DNA from: Nannocystis sp. SCPEA4
GTDB lineage: Bacteria; Myxococcota_A; Polyangia; Nannocystales; Nannocystaceae
Assembly: GCF_026626685.1 (NCBI RefSeq)
Contig: NZ_JAPNJX010000021.1
Location: forward strand, 169,329-233,328
Length of the DNA stretch: 64,000 bases
Reading direction: 5' to 3'
Below, one piece after another: positions 1 to 8,782 of the stretch (position 1 is the first letter of the stretch; the number at the start of each line of letters is the position of its first letter). The position numbers were made by a program, and so were the translations under genes. The notes under the pieces are model-generated. The model searched no databases. It saw only the letters and a program-made list of their open reading frames with translations, and was not told where the DNA came from.

Positions 1-1222
1 GGGACATGGGCAAAAGTTCAGGTAGCCAGTAGCGCGTCGCCAGGGCGGCCACCAGCACCCCGATCGAGGCGAACAGCGCCACCTCGCGCAGCCCCGGGAA
101 GCTGGTCCACGCCAGCCCGGCGAAGCCCGCCACCGTCGTCAGCGCCCCGAGCAACAGGCCCGGCCAGATCCGCCGCGCGCTCTGCCGCGGCCCGTCGCGC
201 GGCGGGTCGAGCATGTGGTGGTTGAACAGGTGCACCGAGTAGTCGATGCACACCCCGATCAGCGTCGCCCCGAACGCCAGCGTCAGCCCGTGCACCGACC
301 CGAACAGCGCCAGACAGGCCGCCAGCGCCGCCGCCACGCCCGCCACCAGCGGCGCCAGCGACAGCAGCACCAGCCGCGGCGAGCGGAACATCAGCAGGAA
401 CAGCGCGACGATGCCGACCAGCGAGACGGTGGAGATCCGGCCGATGTCCGCGCGCATGCTGGTCTCGGCCGCCAGCGCGAAGCGGGCCACGCCCGACTGC
501 TCGAGCACCAGGCGCCCGCCCGACTGGGCGTCGATCTCGGCGAAGGCCGCCTCGATCGCCGCCTGCAGCGGCGCCTGATCGGCGGCGTCGAACGGCGAGC
601 TGCGGGTCGCCAGCATCACCAGCGCGTGCTGGTCCTCGGCCACGAAGTGCCCGTCGCGCAGCCCGACCCCGCCGCCCTGGGCCGCCTCGAGCCGGCGCAG
701 CTGGGCCGGATAGGCCAACAGCGGGTCGGCCGGCGCGATCTGCTTGATCACCCCCGACGTCGGCAGACCGAGCTGGCGCCGCAGCTCGCGCGCCGCGGCC
801 CGCAGCCCGTCGTCGGACAACCTGTCCTGAAGGCCACCTGTCTCGTCGGCCAGGAGGAAGAACCGCCGCGGGTAGTACAGGTTGTGGATCGCCTCGGCGT
901 GCAGCTCGCCCGGCCCGGTGCGCAGCCACGCCACCTCGGAGCGGGTCTGCAGCCGGTCGGCCAGCGCCTGCGCCCCGGCGATGGCGACGTCGGGGTCGCC
1001 GTGCTCGTCGCTGACCGACAGCACCAGCGTGCGCGTCAGCTCCGAGCTGGCCATCCCGCGCGACAGCGCCGCCAGCTTGGGGTCGGCGACGTCGGCCATG
1101 AACGCCGTGATGTCGGTGACCACCTGCAGGCGCAGCGCGCAGAACGCCGCCAGCCCGGCCACCAGCGCCGCGCCGAGCCCTGCCCGCCACGCGCTCGCCC
1201 TGTCCGATCGACCAGGTTCCAT
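1..1222 (-). CDS. MMPL/RND-superfamily exporter (ApeM-like); 3'-truncated by the window edge; ATG start at 1222
   Basis: My own minus-strand translation in the frame starting at 1222 (MEPGRSDRASAWRAGLGAALVAGLAAFCALRLQVVTDITAFMADV... then a TM bundle ISTVSLVGIVALFLLMFRSPRLVLLSLAPLVAGVAAALAACLALFG...CIDYSVHLFNHHM) stays open to position 1. A TM1 + soluble loop + TM cluster layout fits MMPL exporters. The ORF is absent from the supplied track because it runs off the edge. Track ORF 18..1190 is an Arg/Gly-rich off-frame shadow. Confidence 0.55.
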   Translation of the reverse strand, partial: MEPGRSDRASAWRAGLGAALVAGLAAFCALRLQVVTDITAFMADVADPKLAALSRGMASSELTRTLVLSVSDEHGDPDVAIAGAQALADRLQTRSEVAWLRTGPGELHAEAIHNLYYPRRFFLLADETGGLQDRLSDDGLRAAARELRRQLGLPTSGVIKQIAPADPLLAYPAQLRRLEAAQGGGVGLRDGHFVAEDQHALVMLATRSSPFDAADQAPLQAAIEAAFAEIDAQSGGRLVLEQSGVARFALAAETSMRADIGRISTVSLVGIVALFLLMFRSPRLVLLSLAPLVAGVAAALAACLALFGSVHGLTLAFGATLIGVCIDYSVHLFNHHMLDPPRDGPRQSARRIWPGLLLGALTTVAGFAGLAWTSFPGLREVALFASIGVLVAALATRYWLPELLPMS

Positions 1223-1278
1223 CAGGCAGGTCCCATCAGCCAGGTCTCGTCAGGCAGGTCCATCCGCCGGACGCCGCG

Positions 1279-2004
1279 TCAGCGGCCCGCCGGCGGCGGC
1301 GCGGCCGGCTTCGGCGGCAGGCTGAACAGCGTCGTCTGCTCCTCGGCGGTGAACTTGCGCTGCGGGTCGACGGCCGAGAACGTGGTGACCGCCTCGTCGC
1401 CGCCGATCTCGACCACGCGCATCGTCGCGATCACGATCCCCTCGCCGGCGATCTCGACCCGCTCGATCAGCTTGTCGAGCGGCGCCAGCTTCGGCTTCAG
1501 CTTCAGCGTCCAGCGCTGGCCCTCGGACTTGAGCTCCATCGCGTACATCGTCGCCAGAGCCTCGCCGTCGCCGGCGAAGATCCGGACGAACGAGTCGACG
1601 AACAGCCGCACCGCCGGGCTCTTGTCGAGCGCAATCTCCTCGCGCCCGGCGTCGTCGGCCATCCGCAGCGCCGAGCCGTCGATCACCACCACCGAGCGCG
1701 CCGGCTTGGCCGTGTGCCGGGCCAGGCGCGACTTCTTGCCGTTGGGCACGAAGTAGATCGTGCCCTCGTTGACCAGCGGCGCCGCCAGCAGGGCCATCCG
1801 CTTCTCCTCGCGGAACGCCGCCTGCAGCCCGCTCATCCCGGCGAACCGGCCGAGCAGCTGCTCGAGCGTCAACGCGGCCGGCACCGGCGCGGCGGCCACC
1901 GGCAGCGGGTCGGTCGCGCCCGCCTGGCCGATCGAGCCGGTCATGACGACCACGACCGCGAGGACATGTCCGAACGGACCTGTCCGCAGGGATAGTAGCG
2001 ACAT
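1279..2004 (-). CDS. LolA-like outer-membrane lipoprotein carrier family protein (ApeL-like); signal peptide MSLLSLRTGPFGHVLAVVVVMTGSIGQAGA; alternative start at 2037
   Basis: The ORF-track protein has a signal-peptide-like N-terminus and the LolA-like size/composition (..TIYFVPNGKKSRLARHTAK..GEALATMYAMELKSEGQRWTLKLKPK..). It sits between the thioesterase and the MMPL exporter, as in aryl-polyene clusters. Confidence 0.45.
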   Translation of the reverse strand: MSLLSLRTGPFGHVLAVVVVMTGSIGQAGATDPLPVAAAPVPAALTLEQLLGRFAGMSGLQAAFREEKRMALLAAPLVNEGTIYFVPNGKKSRLARHTAKPARSVVVIDGSALRMADDAGREEIALDKSPAVRLFVDSFVRIFAGDGEALATMYAMELKSEGQRWTLKLKPKLAPLDKLIERVEIAGEGIVIATMRVVEIGGDEAVTTFSAVDPQRKFTAEEQTTLFSLPPKPAAPPPAGR

Positions 2005-2011
2005 GAGCTGG

Positions 2012-2416
2012 CTACACCAGGTACTTGAGCAGCGCATCGGGCGTCTCCGGCAAGAGGCGACCTTCTTGGTCGGTCGTGACGAGGATCGTCTGCCCGCGGG
2101 CCGAGCAGCGGTCGTCCTTGAGGTTGCGGATCCGGTAGGCGATGACCAGCCGCGGCGTCACCGCCACGAACCACGCGTCGACGCGGGCGCGGTCGGCGTA
2201 GCGCAGCGGGTAGGTGTAGCGGCAGTGGCTGTCGACCAGCAGCTGGGCGTAGCCCGCGCGGCGGATGTCCTCGATGTCGAGCCCGCGCGAGCGCATCAGC
2301 GCAGTCCGACCGATCTCCATGTACTTGTAGTAGTGCCCGTGCCAGACGATGTTGAGGATGTCGACGTCGTGGAACGGGACCTCGAACTCGACCGAGACCT
2401 CGTGCAGGCGGCTCAC
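2012..2416 (-). CDS. 4-hydroxybenzoyl-CoA/YbgC-type hotdog thioesterase; GTG start at 2416 overlapping the upstream stop (GTGA)
   Basis: C-terminal 134 aa of track ORF 2012..3739: VSRLHEVSVEFEVPFHDVDILNIVWHGHYYKYMEIGRTALMRSRGLD... is a typical 4HBT-fold N-terminus. Upstream residues in the same frame are Arg/Gly junk. The GTG at 2414-2416 overlaps the ammonia-lyase stop TGA (2413-2415). Confidence 0.6.
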   Translation of the reverse strand: MSRLHEVSVEFEVPFHDVDILNIVWHGHYYKYMEIGRTALMRSRGLDIEDIRRAGYAQLLVDSHCRYTYPLRYADRARVDAWFVAVTPRLVIAYRIRNLKDDRCSARGQTILVTTDQEGRLLPETPDALLKYLV

Positions 2417-3942
2417 GGCAGCGCTCCGATCGGCAGCGCGCCGGCGCGGAGCAGCCCCAGCACCGCGGCGATGTCGTGGTCCTGGCGGCGGTCGGCGTCG
2501 ACCATCGGCACCGCGGCGCGGACCGCCGCGTGGAGCGTCCGCGCGCGCGCGTGGATGTTGTGACCCGAGCGCAGGTCGACCGCCTGGCACATGGTGAGCA
2601 GCCCGATCGCGGCGACCGTCTCGGTCAGCTCGACGATCCGCAGGCAATCGCGCGCCGCGATCGTGCCCATGCTCACCTTGTCCTGGTTGTGGCATTCGGT
2701 GGAGCGGCTGAAGACGCTGGCCGGCATCGTCAGCTTCAACGCCTCGGCCGCCAGCGCCGACGCCGAGATCTGCATCGCCTTGAAGCCGTGGTGGGCCGCC
2801 CGATCGGGGCCCGTCCGCCCGACCAGGTTGGCGGGGAGGCCCGCATTCGTGTCGGGGTTGCAGACCAGCGCGATCTGGCGATCGACCAGGTCGGCCAGGT
2901 TGGCCACCGCCGTCTTCAGGGCGTCGAGCGCGAAGCAGGCGTGCCCGCCGTAGAAGTTGCCGCCGTGCAGCACCTCGCCGGTGTCCGGGTCGACCAGCGG
3001 GTTGTCGTTGGCGCCGACGATCTCGATCTCGAGCCACTGCTGCACCCAGGGTAGCGCGTCGAGAAGGACCCCGATCACGTGCGGGGCGCAGCGGATCGAG
3101 TATCGGTCCTGGATGCGCGCGGGGGCGGCCGGCCGCGGGTACTCGATATCCTCGCGGATCCACTGCGCGCAGGCCCTCTGGCCCGGATGCGGCTTGGCGG
3201 CGAAGATGCGGTCGTCGAAGTGAGCGGGGTTGCCGCCCAGGACGTCGCTGCCCATCGCCGTCAGCGCCGCGCACAGGCGCGCCAACCGCCGCGCGCGGGC
3301 GAACGCCAGGCAACCGAGCCCGACCATGACGCTGGTCCCGTTCATCAGCGCCAGGCTCTCCTTGGGCTGCAGCGTCAGCGGCGGGATCCCGGCCGCGCGC
3401 AGCGCCTCGGCTGCGGGCACCACCTGTCCCTTGAACCAGACCTCGCGCTCGCCGACCAGCGCCGCGACCACGTACGACAGCGGCGTCAGGTCGCCGCTGG
3501 CCCCGACCGAGCCCTCGGCCGGGATCCGCGGCAACAGCCGGTGCCGGAGCAGGTCGCACAGCCGCTCGAGCACCTCGATGCGCACGCCCGACCAGCCGCG
3601 CGCCAGCGCGACCAGGCGCACCGCCACCACCGCCGCGGCCTCGACCTCGTCGAGGATCCGCCCGGTGCCGCAGCCGTGGAAGCGCATCAGGTTGACCGGC
3701 ATCGCGGCCACGTGCTCGGCCGGCACCGCCGTCTCGCACGAGTCGCCGAACCCGGTCGTCACCCCGTACACCACCTCGCCCGCGGCCAGCCGGCGCGCCA
3801 GGTGATCGGCGCCGCGGGCCAGCAGCGCCCGGTAGTCCGGCGCGTCGTCGAGCGCCGGGAAAGCTGTCCCTTCGGCCAGCTCGATGACATCCCCGAGGCC
3901 GAGCCCTTGCGGGCCGACGAGCAGCACCCGCGCGCTACTCAC
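2413..3942 (-). CDS. Aromatic amino acid ammonia-lyase (HAL/TAL/PAL family, MIO cofactor)
   Basis: Shows YGVTTGFGDS, the MIO-forming Ala-Ser-Gly triad (GASGDLTPLS), and NGTSVMVGLG. Start reassigned to GTG 3942 (VSSARVLLVGPQ..), which has a GGAGG 5 nt upstream and overlaps the acyltransferase stop (GTGA). The track's first 70 aa are Arg-rich junk. Confidence 0.8.
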   Translation of the reverse strand: MSSARVLLVGPQGLGLGDVIELAEGTAFPALDDAPDYRALLARGADHLARRLAAGEVVYGVTTGFGDSCETAVPAEHVAAMPVNLMRFHGCGTGRILDEVEAAAVVAVRLVALARGWSGVRIEVLERLCDLLRHRLLPRIPAEGSVGASGDLTPLSYVVAALVGEREVWFKGQVVPAAEALRAAGIPPLTLQPKESLALMNGTSVMVGLGCLAFARARRLARLCAALTAMGSDVLGGNPAHFDDRIFAAKPHPGQRACAQWIREDIEYPRPAAPARIQDRYSIRCAPHVIGVLLDALPWVQQWLEIEIVGANDNPLVDPDTGEVLHGGNFYGGHACFALDALKTAVANLADLVDRQIALVCNPDTNAGLPANLVGRTGPDRAAHHGFKAMQISASALAAEALKLTMPASVFSRSTECHNQDKVSMGTIAARDCLRIVELTETVAAIGLLTMCQAVDLRSGHNIHARARTLHAAVRAAVPMVDADRRQDHDIAAVLGLLRAGALPIGALP

Positions 3943-4958
3943 TCCGACCTCCAGAACTCGTAGAAGTTGAACCAGTTGAGCGGCGCGAGGCGGCAGTAGT
4001 GCTCGAGGCGTTCGGCGTAGCGCTGGGCATGGGCGGCGGTGGCGGCCTCGCGGCGGCCCCTGGGCATTTCTAATTGTTCGGCGAAGGGCTCGCAATAAAG
4101 ATCGTAGCGGTCGGGCCCGTGGTACAGGCCGAAAGTCAAGTAAATCGGGCACTTTAGCAGCGCCGCGAGGGTGTACGGGCCGGTCGGGAAGCGCGCCGGG
4201 GCGCCGAGGAATTCGGCCGTGCAGGTCTTGTCGTTGACCCCGACCCGGTCGCCGAGCACCGCCACCAGCTCCCCGCGCTCGATCGCCTCCTTGGCGGTCA
4301 GGATGTAGCTCGTGTCACGCGGGTCGATCGGGATCACCCGCACGTCGAAGTCGGCCTGCACCGTGCGCAGGAAGTCGTTGATCATCTTCGCGTTCTGCCA
4401 GTACGCGAGGATGTGGATCGGGATCCGCTTGTCGACGCTGCTGGCCCGCATCGCCTCGAACGAGCCGAGGTGCGCCCCGAGCAGCAGCGCCCCCTTCCCC
4501 TCGGCCTGCAGCGCCCGCAGGTGCTCGATGCCGGTGTGGGTGATGCGGAACCGCCCGGTCTCGCCGCGGACCAGGAACACGCGGTCGAGCGCGCAGCGGG
4601 CGAACGTGTAGATGTGGCGCCAGCTGGCCCAGAACCCGTGCGGCTGGCCGATCCGCCGCAGGTAGTCCTGCGAGGCCCGCCGCGCCTTGCCGGCGAACAG
4701 CGCGTAGTAGAACGTGATCACGGCCAGCAGCACCCCGGCGCCGCGGCGGCCGAACACCCGGCAGAACAGCAGCGTCGCCCGGATCCCCAGCACCGTCCCG
4801 CGCTCGGGCCGGGTCATCCACGCCCGGTCGCCGTCGTCGGGCCTGACCGCCGGGACAGCCGACGCCGCGCTCCCGGGCCGCTCGCCCGCGCCCGCCGCGC
4901 CGCTCGCGTCGGGGATGACCGCGGGGACATGTCCCTTCGCGCCTGCCTCTTCCGCCAT
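3939..4958 (-). CDS. Lysophospholipid/lipid-A-type acyltransferase (ApeD-like); alternative start ATG 4817 (MTRPERG..)
   Basis: HtrB/LPLAT-like sequence (..FYYALFAGKARRASQDYLRRIG..GALLLGAHLGSFE..). The first 47 aa are Ala/Gly low complexity, so the true start may be 4817. Confidence 0.6.
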   Translation of the reverse strand: MAEEAGAKGHVPAVIPDASGAAGAGERPGSAASAVPAVRPDDGDRAWMTRPERGTVLGIRATLLFCRVFGRRGAGVLLAVITFYYALFAGKARRASQDYLRRIGQPHGFWASWRHIYTFARCALDRVFLVRGETGRFRITHTGIEHLRALQAEGKGALLLGAHLGSFEAMRASSVDKRIPIHILAYWQNAKMINDFLRTVQADFDVRVIPIDPRDTSYILTAKEAIERGELVAVLGDRVGVNDKTCTAEFLGAPARFPTGPYTLAALLKCPIYLTFGLYHGPDRYDLYCEPFAEQLEMPRGRREAATAAHAQRYAERLEHYCRLAPLNWFNFYEFWRSE

Positions 4959-4982
4959 GGCCGATCGAACCAGTCCTCTCGC

Positions 4983-5759
4983 TCAGCGGCTGGCCGGCAG
5001 CGCCGGGCGCCGCAGGCGGCGGTAGAGGTTGATCCACGGCCGCACCATCACCCGCTGGAACGACAGCCGGGTGTGCAGCCACGAGATCTTGAGGTTGTCG
5101 CCGAACACGCGGAAGTGCGACACCCCGCCCTCGTCGCGGCCGATGTAGCGGACCTTCGTCGGCAGGTTGATCACCGGCACCCCGGCCCACACCAGGCGCA
5201 CCGCCACCTCGATGTCGAAGTCCATGCGGTCGCCGGTGCGCCCGAGCGCCAGCGCGGGGTCCAGCGGGTAGACCCGGAAGCCGCACATCGGATCGGTGAT
5301 GACCCCGCGGCCGGCCTCGAAGTCGGTCCAGAACAGCGTGATCTTGCGGGCGACCAGCCGGCCCTTCGGCGCCGACGCGTCGTACACCGGCGCCCCGAGG
5401 ATCAGCGCGTCCGGCCGCTCGCGCGCGGTCGCCAGGAATTTCGGGATGTCCCCGAGGTCATGTTGCCCGTCGGCGTCGACCTGCAGCGCGTGGGTGTAGC
5501 CGAGCTCGCGCGCGAACTGGAACCCGGTCTTGACCGCCGCCCCCTTGCCGCCGTTTTGCGCCCGCCGGCGCACGTGCGCCAGCCCCTCGGCCCCCAGCGC
5601 CGCGACCGCCTGTCGCCCCGCCTCGCCGCTGCCGTCGTCGATCACGACCACGTCGGGCAGGTGCGCCTTGACCCGCAGCACCACGTCGCGGACCGTCCGC
5701 GGGTTGTCGTAGGTCGGGATCAGCGCGCACGGCCGGAACGCGCCTGTCCCGGCGAACAT
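4983..5759 (-). CDS. Family-2 glycosyltransferase; start at MFAGTGAF (5759); track ORF extends to GTG 5816
   Basis: CALIPTYDNPRTV...VVVIDDGSGE...QVDADGQHD (DxD) ...GFRVYPL are GT2 signatures. GAAGGGG lies 8 nt upstream of the 5759 ATG. The N-terminal extension in the track is made of the repeated GGACATGTCC element. Confidence 0.7.
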   Translation of the reverse strand: MFAGTGAFRPCALIPTYDNPRTVRDVVLRVKAHLPDVVVIDDGSGEAGRQAVAALGAEGLAHVRRRAQNGGKGAAVKTGFQFARELGYTHALQVDADGQHDLGDIPKFLATARERPDALILGAPVYDASAPKGRLVARKITLFWTDFEAGRGVITDPMCGFRVYPLDPALALGRTGDRMDFDIEVAVRLVWAGVPVINLPTKVRYIGRDEGGVSHFRVFGDNLKISWLHTRLSFQRVMVRPWINLYRRLRRPALPASR

Positions 5760-5808
5760 CTCAGCTGCCCCTTCGGACATCTCGTTTTCACCTGTCCCTG
5801 CGGACATG

Positions 5809-7656
5809 TCAGCCACCGTGCGCCTCGTACTCGAGCGCCCCGGCGGTGACCACCTCGCCCGCGCGCGCCAGCGAGAAGCGGACGCTCGTGCCCCGCACCT
5901 CGAGCCGCAGCACCAGCGCGTCGCCCGGCGCGATCGGCCGGGTGAACTTGAGCCGCGCCGCCTGCCGCAGCCGCCCCAGCTCGGGCCGCAGCGCCGCCAC
6001 CTGCGGCACCACCAGGGCCGTCAGCTGCGCCACCCCGGGCAGCACCGGCGCGCCGTCGAAGTGCCCGCGGAAGAACGCCAGGTCGACCGGCACCCCGACC
6101 TCGACCTCGTGCACCGCCGTGTCGCCCGCGTCGCGCCGCACGTGCCCGCGCAGCTCGAACCCGATCGCAGCTTGGCCCGCCGAGTCTCGCGCAGCTCCGT
6201 GGCCAGCACGCGGCCCATCGCGCCTGGTCGCCGTCGGCTCGGATCCGCCGCGCCCTGCGTCATCCGGCTCCTCCGCCGTCAGCCCGAGCAGCGCGTGCAG
6301 GCGCCGCTTCGTCAGCTTGCCGTTGGGCTCGCGCGGCAGCGCGGGCACCACCTTGATCCGCCGCGGCACCACCACCGGGTCGAACCACGGGAGCAGCCCC
6401 CGCCGCAGCTCGGCCACCAGCTCGCTGGCGTCGCGACCCGAGTCGCGGGCCACCACCGCGGCCATCAATTCGTGCCCGCGGGCGCCAGGCGTCTCGATCG
6501 CCACCACCGCCGCGTCGGCCACCGCCGGCAACGCCAGCAGCCGCTGCTCGACCTCCGCCACGGCCACCCGCTTGCCGGCGACCTTCACCACCCCGTCGAG
6601 CCGCCCGCGCAGGTGAAACCCGCCGCGCGCGTCGAGCTCGACCCGATCCTCGCAGGGGTACGGCGACGGCGCGTCGGGGGCCAGGAACGGCGAGCGCAGC
6701 AGCAGCCGCCCCTCGGCCGCGACCTCGACCGCGACCCCCGGCAGCGGCGTCCAGGCTGGCTCCGGGGACATGTCCCCTAAAACCTGTTCGTGCCGCCGCC
6801 AGCCGATCCCGCCGGTCTCCGACGAGCCGTACACCTCGGTCACCGCCAGCCCGAGCTGGGCCAGCAGCTCGTCGGCGGTCGCCCGCGGCAGCGGCGCGCC
6901 CGACGAGAACACCCGCCGCAGCGGCGGCAGGTCGCCGCGCTGCAGCACCGTCAGCCCGCGCAGGTGCGCCGGCGTGCTGATCAGCACCGTCGCCCCGACC
7001 TCGCGCGCCGCCCTCGCCACCGTCTCGGCGTGCAGCGGCGTCTCGCGGGCGAACGCCGCCCCCGCGGCCAGCGGCGCCAGCACCCCGAACAGCAGCCCGT
7101 AGAGGTGGTACGGCGGCACCGTCGCCAGCGCCACCTCGCCGGCCGCCAGCGCGAACGTGGCCGCCAGCGCCTGCGCCTCGCCGAGCAATTGCCCGGCCGT
7201 CTTGGCGCACGGCTGGTGGTCGCCGGTGCTGCCCGAGGTGTACACGACCGCCAGCCGCCGGTCCGCCGGCAGCGCTTCGGGCCATGTCGGATCGACCATG
7301 TCCCCAGGGGCATGTCCGGACAGCCAGTCGCGGACGTCCTGGGCGTCGGCCAGATCGGAGTCGTGGATCAGCGCCACCACGTCGGCGCGCCCCGCCAGCT
7401 CGCGCACCGCCGCCGGCTGGGCGTTCGGCGGCAGCGCGACCGCGTGGCCGCGCAGCCACGCGCCCAGGGCCGTGACCGCCAGGTGATAGCGGTCGCCGCA
7501 GACCACCAGCACCTCGCTGCCGGGCCGCGCCGGCGGCAGGCGCTCGGCGACGAGGCTCGCGTCGCGCATCAGTTCGCCCGCGCTGCGCGGGCCGGCCTCG
7601 CCGACGGCGACGCGCGCCGCGGGATCGGTGTGGACGAGCGGGACGAAGGACCTCAT
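5809..7656 (-). CDS. AMP-dependent synthetase/ligase fused in frame to a FabA/FabZ-like hotdog dehydratase (ApeH-ApeI-like)
   Basis: AMP-binding motifs VVYTSGSTGDHQPCAKT, YGSSETGG, PNGKLTKRRL. After a ~40-aa linker comes the dehydratase motif AFFRGHFDGAPVLPGV. Start ATG 7656 overlaps the upstream stop (ATGA). The first 200 aa of the 815-aa track ORF are a shadow of the upstream membrane-protein gene. Confidence 0.7.
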   Translation of the reverse strand: MRSFVPLVHTDPAARVAVGEAGPRSAGELMRDASLVAERLPPARPGSEVLVVCGDRYHLAVTALGAWLRGHAVALPPNAQPAAVRELAGRADVVALIHDSDLADAQDVRDWLSGHAPGDMVDPTWPEALPADRRLAVVYTSGSTGDHQPCAKTAGQLLGEAQALAATFALAAGEVALATVPPYHLYGLLFGVLAPLAAGAAFARETPLHAETVARAAREVGATVLISTPAHLRGLTVLQRGDLPPLRRVFSSGAPLPRATADELLAQLGLAVTEVYGSSETGGIGWRRHEQVLGDMSPEPAWTPLPGVAVEVAAEGRLLLRSPFLAPDAPSPYPCEDRVELDARGGFHLRGRLDGVVKVAGKRVAVAEVEQRLLALPAVADAAVVAIETPGARGHELMAAVVARDSGRDASELVAELRRGLLPWFDPVVVPRRIKVVPALPREPNGKLTKRRLHALLGLTAEEPDDAGRGGSEPTATRRDGPRAGHGAARDSAGQAAIGFELRGHVRRDAGDTAVHEVEVGVPVDLAFFRGHFDGAPVLPGVAQLTALVVPQVAALRPELGRLRQAARLKFTRPIAPGDALVLRLEVRGTSVRFSLARAGEVVTAGALEYEAHGG

Positions 7657-8306
7657 GCGCGGAGCAGACGGCGGAGCAAGCGGTCGGGCAACGCGTCGCC
7701 GAACCGGCGGAAGGTCGCCTTGCGGACGATGTACTCGACGGTGAACATTACCCCGATCAGCAGGTACGCCAAAAGTCCGGTGTACAGCGTCCACCAGGCC
7801 ACCGGGGCCCACAGCGCGAGCGCGGCGCTGACGGCCGCGTTGGCGACGAAGAACCCGCACCAGACCACCGTGACCTTGCGACAGTAGGCCGGCCCGCCGG
7901 GCGGCAGCTCGGGCTCCTGCAGCCGCGCGAACCGCTCGACCAGCGACACCGGCCCGCGCAGGCTGGCCGCGAAGTTGGCCAGAAGCCCGAGGTTGACCAG
8001 CACCGGCAGGGCCATGAACAGCCGCTGCTCGCCCGACAGCGCCGCCGCCGCGAACAGCCCGAGGAGCGACAGCGGCACCCGCAGCACCGGCCACAGGTCC
8101 TCGCGCCGGGCCTCGCGCAGGCGCAGCACGAGCCCCGGCAGCAGCGCGCAGGCGAGCACCAGCGCCAGCGTGCGCGGGCTCCAGCGCGTCATCCCGAGGT
8201 ACACCACCAGCGGGTAGCCGCCGACCAGCAGCGAACGGAACACCGCCGGGAGCCACCTCGGGACCCCCGCGGCCCGCTGCGGCTTGCCGTCAGGGTCCGC
8301 CATCAC
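7653..8306 (-). CDS. Integral membrane protein of unknown function (polytopic)
   Basis: 217 aa with five or more hydrophobic segments. It is coupled to the ligase gene by an ATGA overlap. Confidence 0.5.
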   Translation of the reverse strand: MMADPDGKPQRAAGVPRWLPAVFRSLLVGGYPLVVYLGMTRWSPRTLALVLACALLPGLVLRLREARREDLWPVLRVPLSLLGLFAAAALSGEQRLFMALPVLVNLGLLANFAASLRGPVSLVERFARLQEPELPPGGPAYCRKVTVVWCGFFVANAAVSAALALWAPVAWWTLYTGLLAYLLIGVMFTVEYIVRKATFRRFGDALPDRLLRRLLRA

Positions 8307-8319
8307 GGCCGCCTTTTTC

Positions 8320-8610
8320 TCAGCTGGCCGCCGCGGCCGCCCGTTGCTCGGCGACGAAGCGGGCCAGGTTGGTCACGCTGGCGAAGATGTGCCGGTTCTG
8401 CGCGTCGTCGGCCTTGGTCTTGACCCCGTACTTCTTGCCGATCGCCATCGCCAGCTCGAGCACGTCGATCGAGTCGAGGCCCAGCCCCTCGACCAGCAGC
8501 GGCGCCTCGGGGTCGATGTCCTCGGGGGTCATGTCCTGCAGCATCAGGGCCTCGATGATGAGCTCCTTGATCTCGCGGACCAGCGCGTCGGGCGGGGCGG
8601 CATCTGTCAT
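8320..8610 (-). CDS. Acyl carrier protein
   Basis: MTDAAPPDALVREIKELIIEALMLQDMTPEDIDPEAPLLVEGLGLDSIDVLELAMAIGKKYGV carries the phosphopantetheine-attachment DSI/L motif. Start moved to the internal ATG at 8610, giving a 96-aa ACP. Confidence 0.7.
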   Translation of the reverse strand: MTDAAPPDALVREIKELIIEALMLQDMTPEDIDPEAPLLVEGLGLDSIDVLELAMAIGKKYGVKTKADDAQNRHIFASVTNLARFVAEQRAAAAAS

Positions 8611-8782
8611 GGGGTCGGCGCATCCTACGGGGATCGCCCGGGACACGACAAGCCTCGCCCTTCCCCCTCCGTGGACACCCGAGCGCCGCGTGCTTTGCCC
8701 CACCGACACGGCGCAAGCTCACATCTTCGGGCTGGCTCTTGGTGCAGGCGGCTCCGGCGGCCTCTCGTACGCTCGCCGCCCC

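Noticed and set aside
18-1190. Track ORF (390 aa, minus strand) with an Arg/Gly/Ala-rich translation
   Set aside because: Off-frame shadow of the real MMPL exporter gene, which is in another minus-strand frame (start 1222, runs off the window). Its composition is typical of GC-rich frame artefacts.
5809-8256. 815-aa track ORF treated as a single protein
   Set aside because: The first 200 aa are an off-frame read-through of the upstream membrane-protein gene. The real start is ATG 7656, which overlaps the upstream stop.
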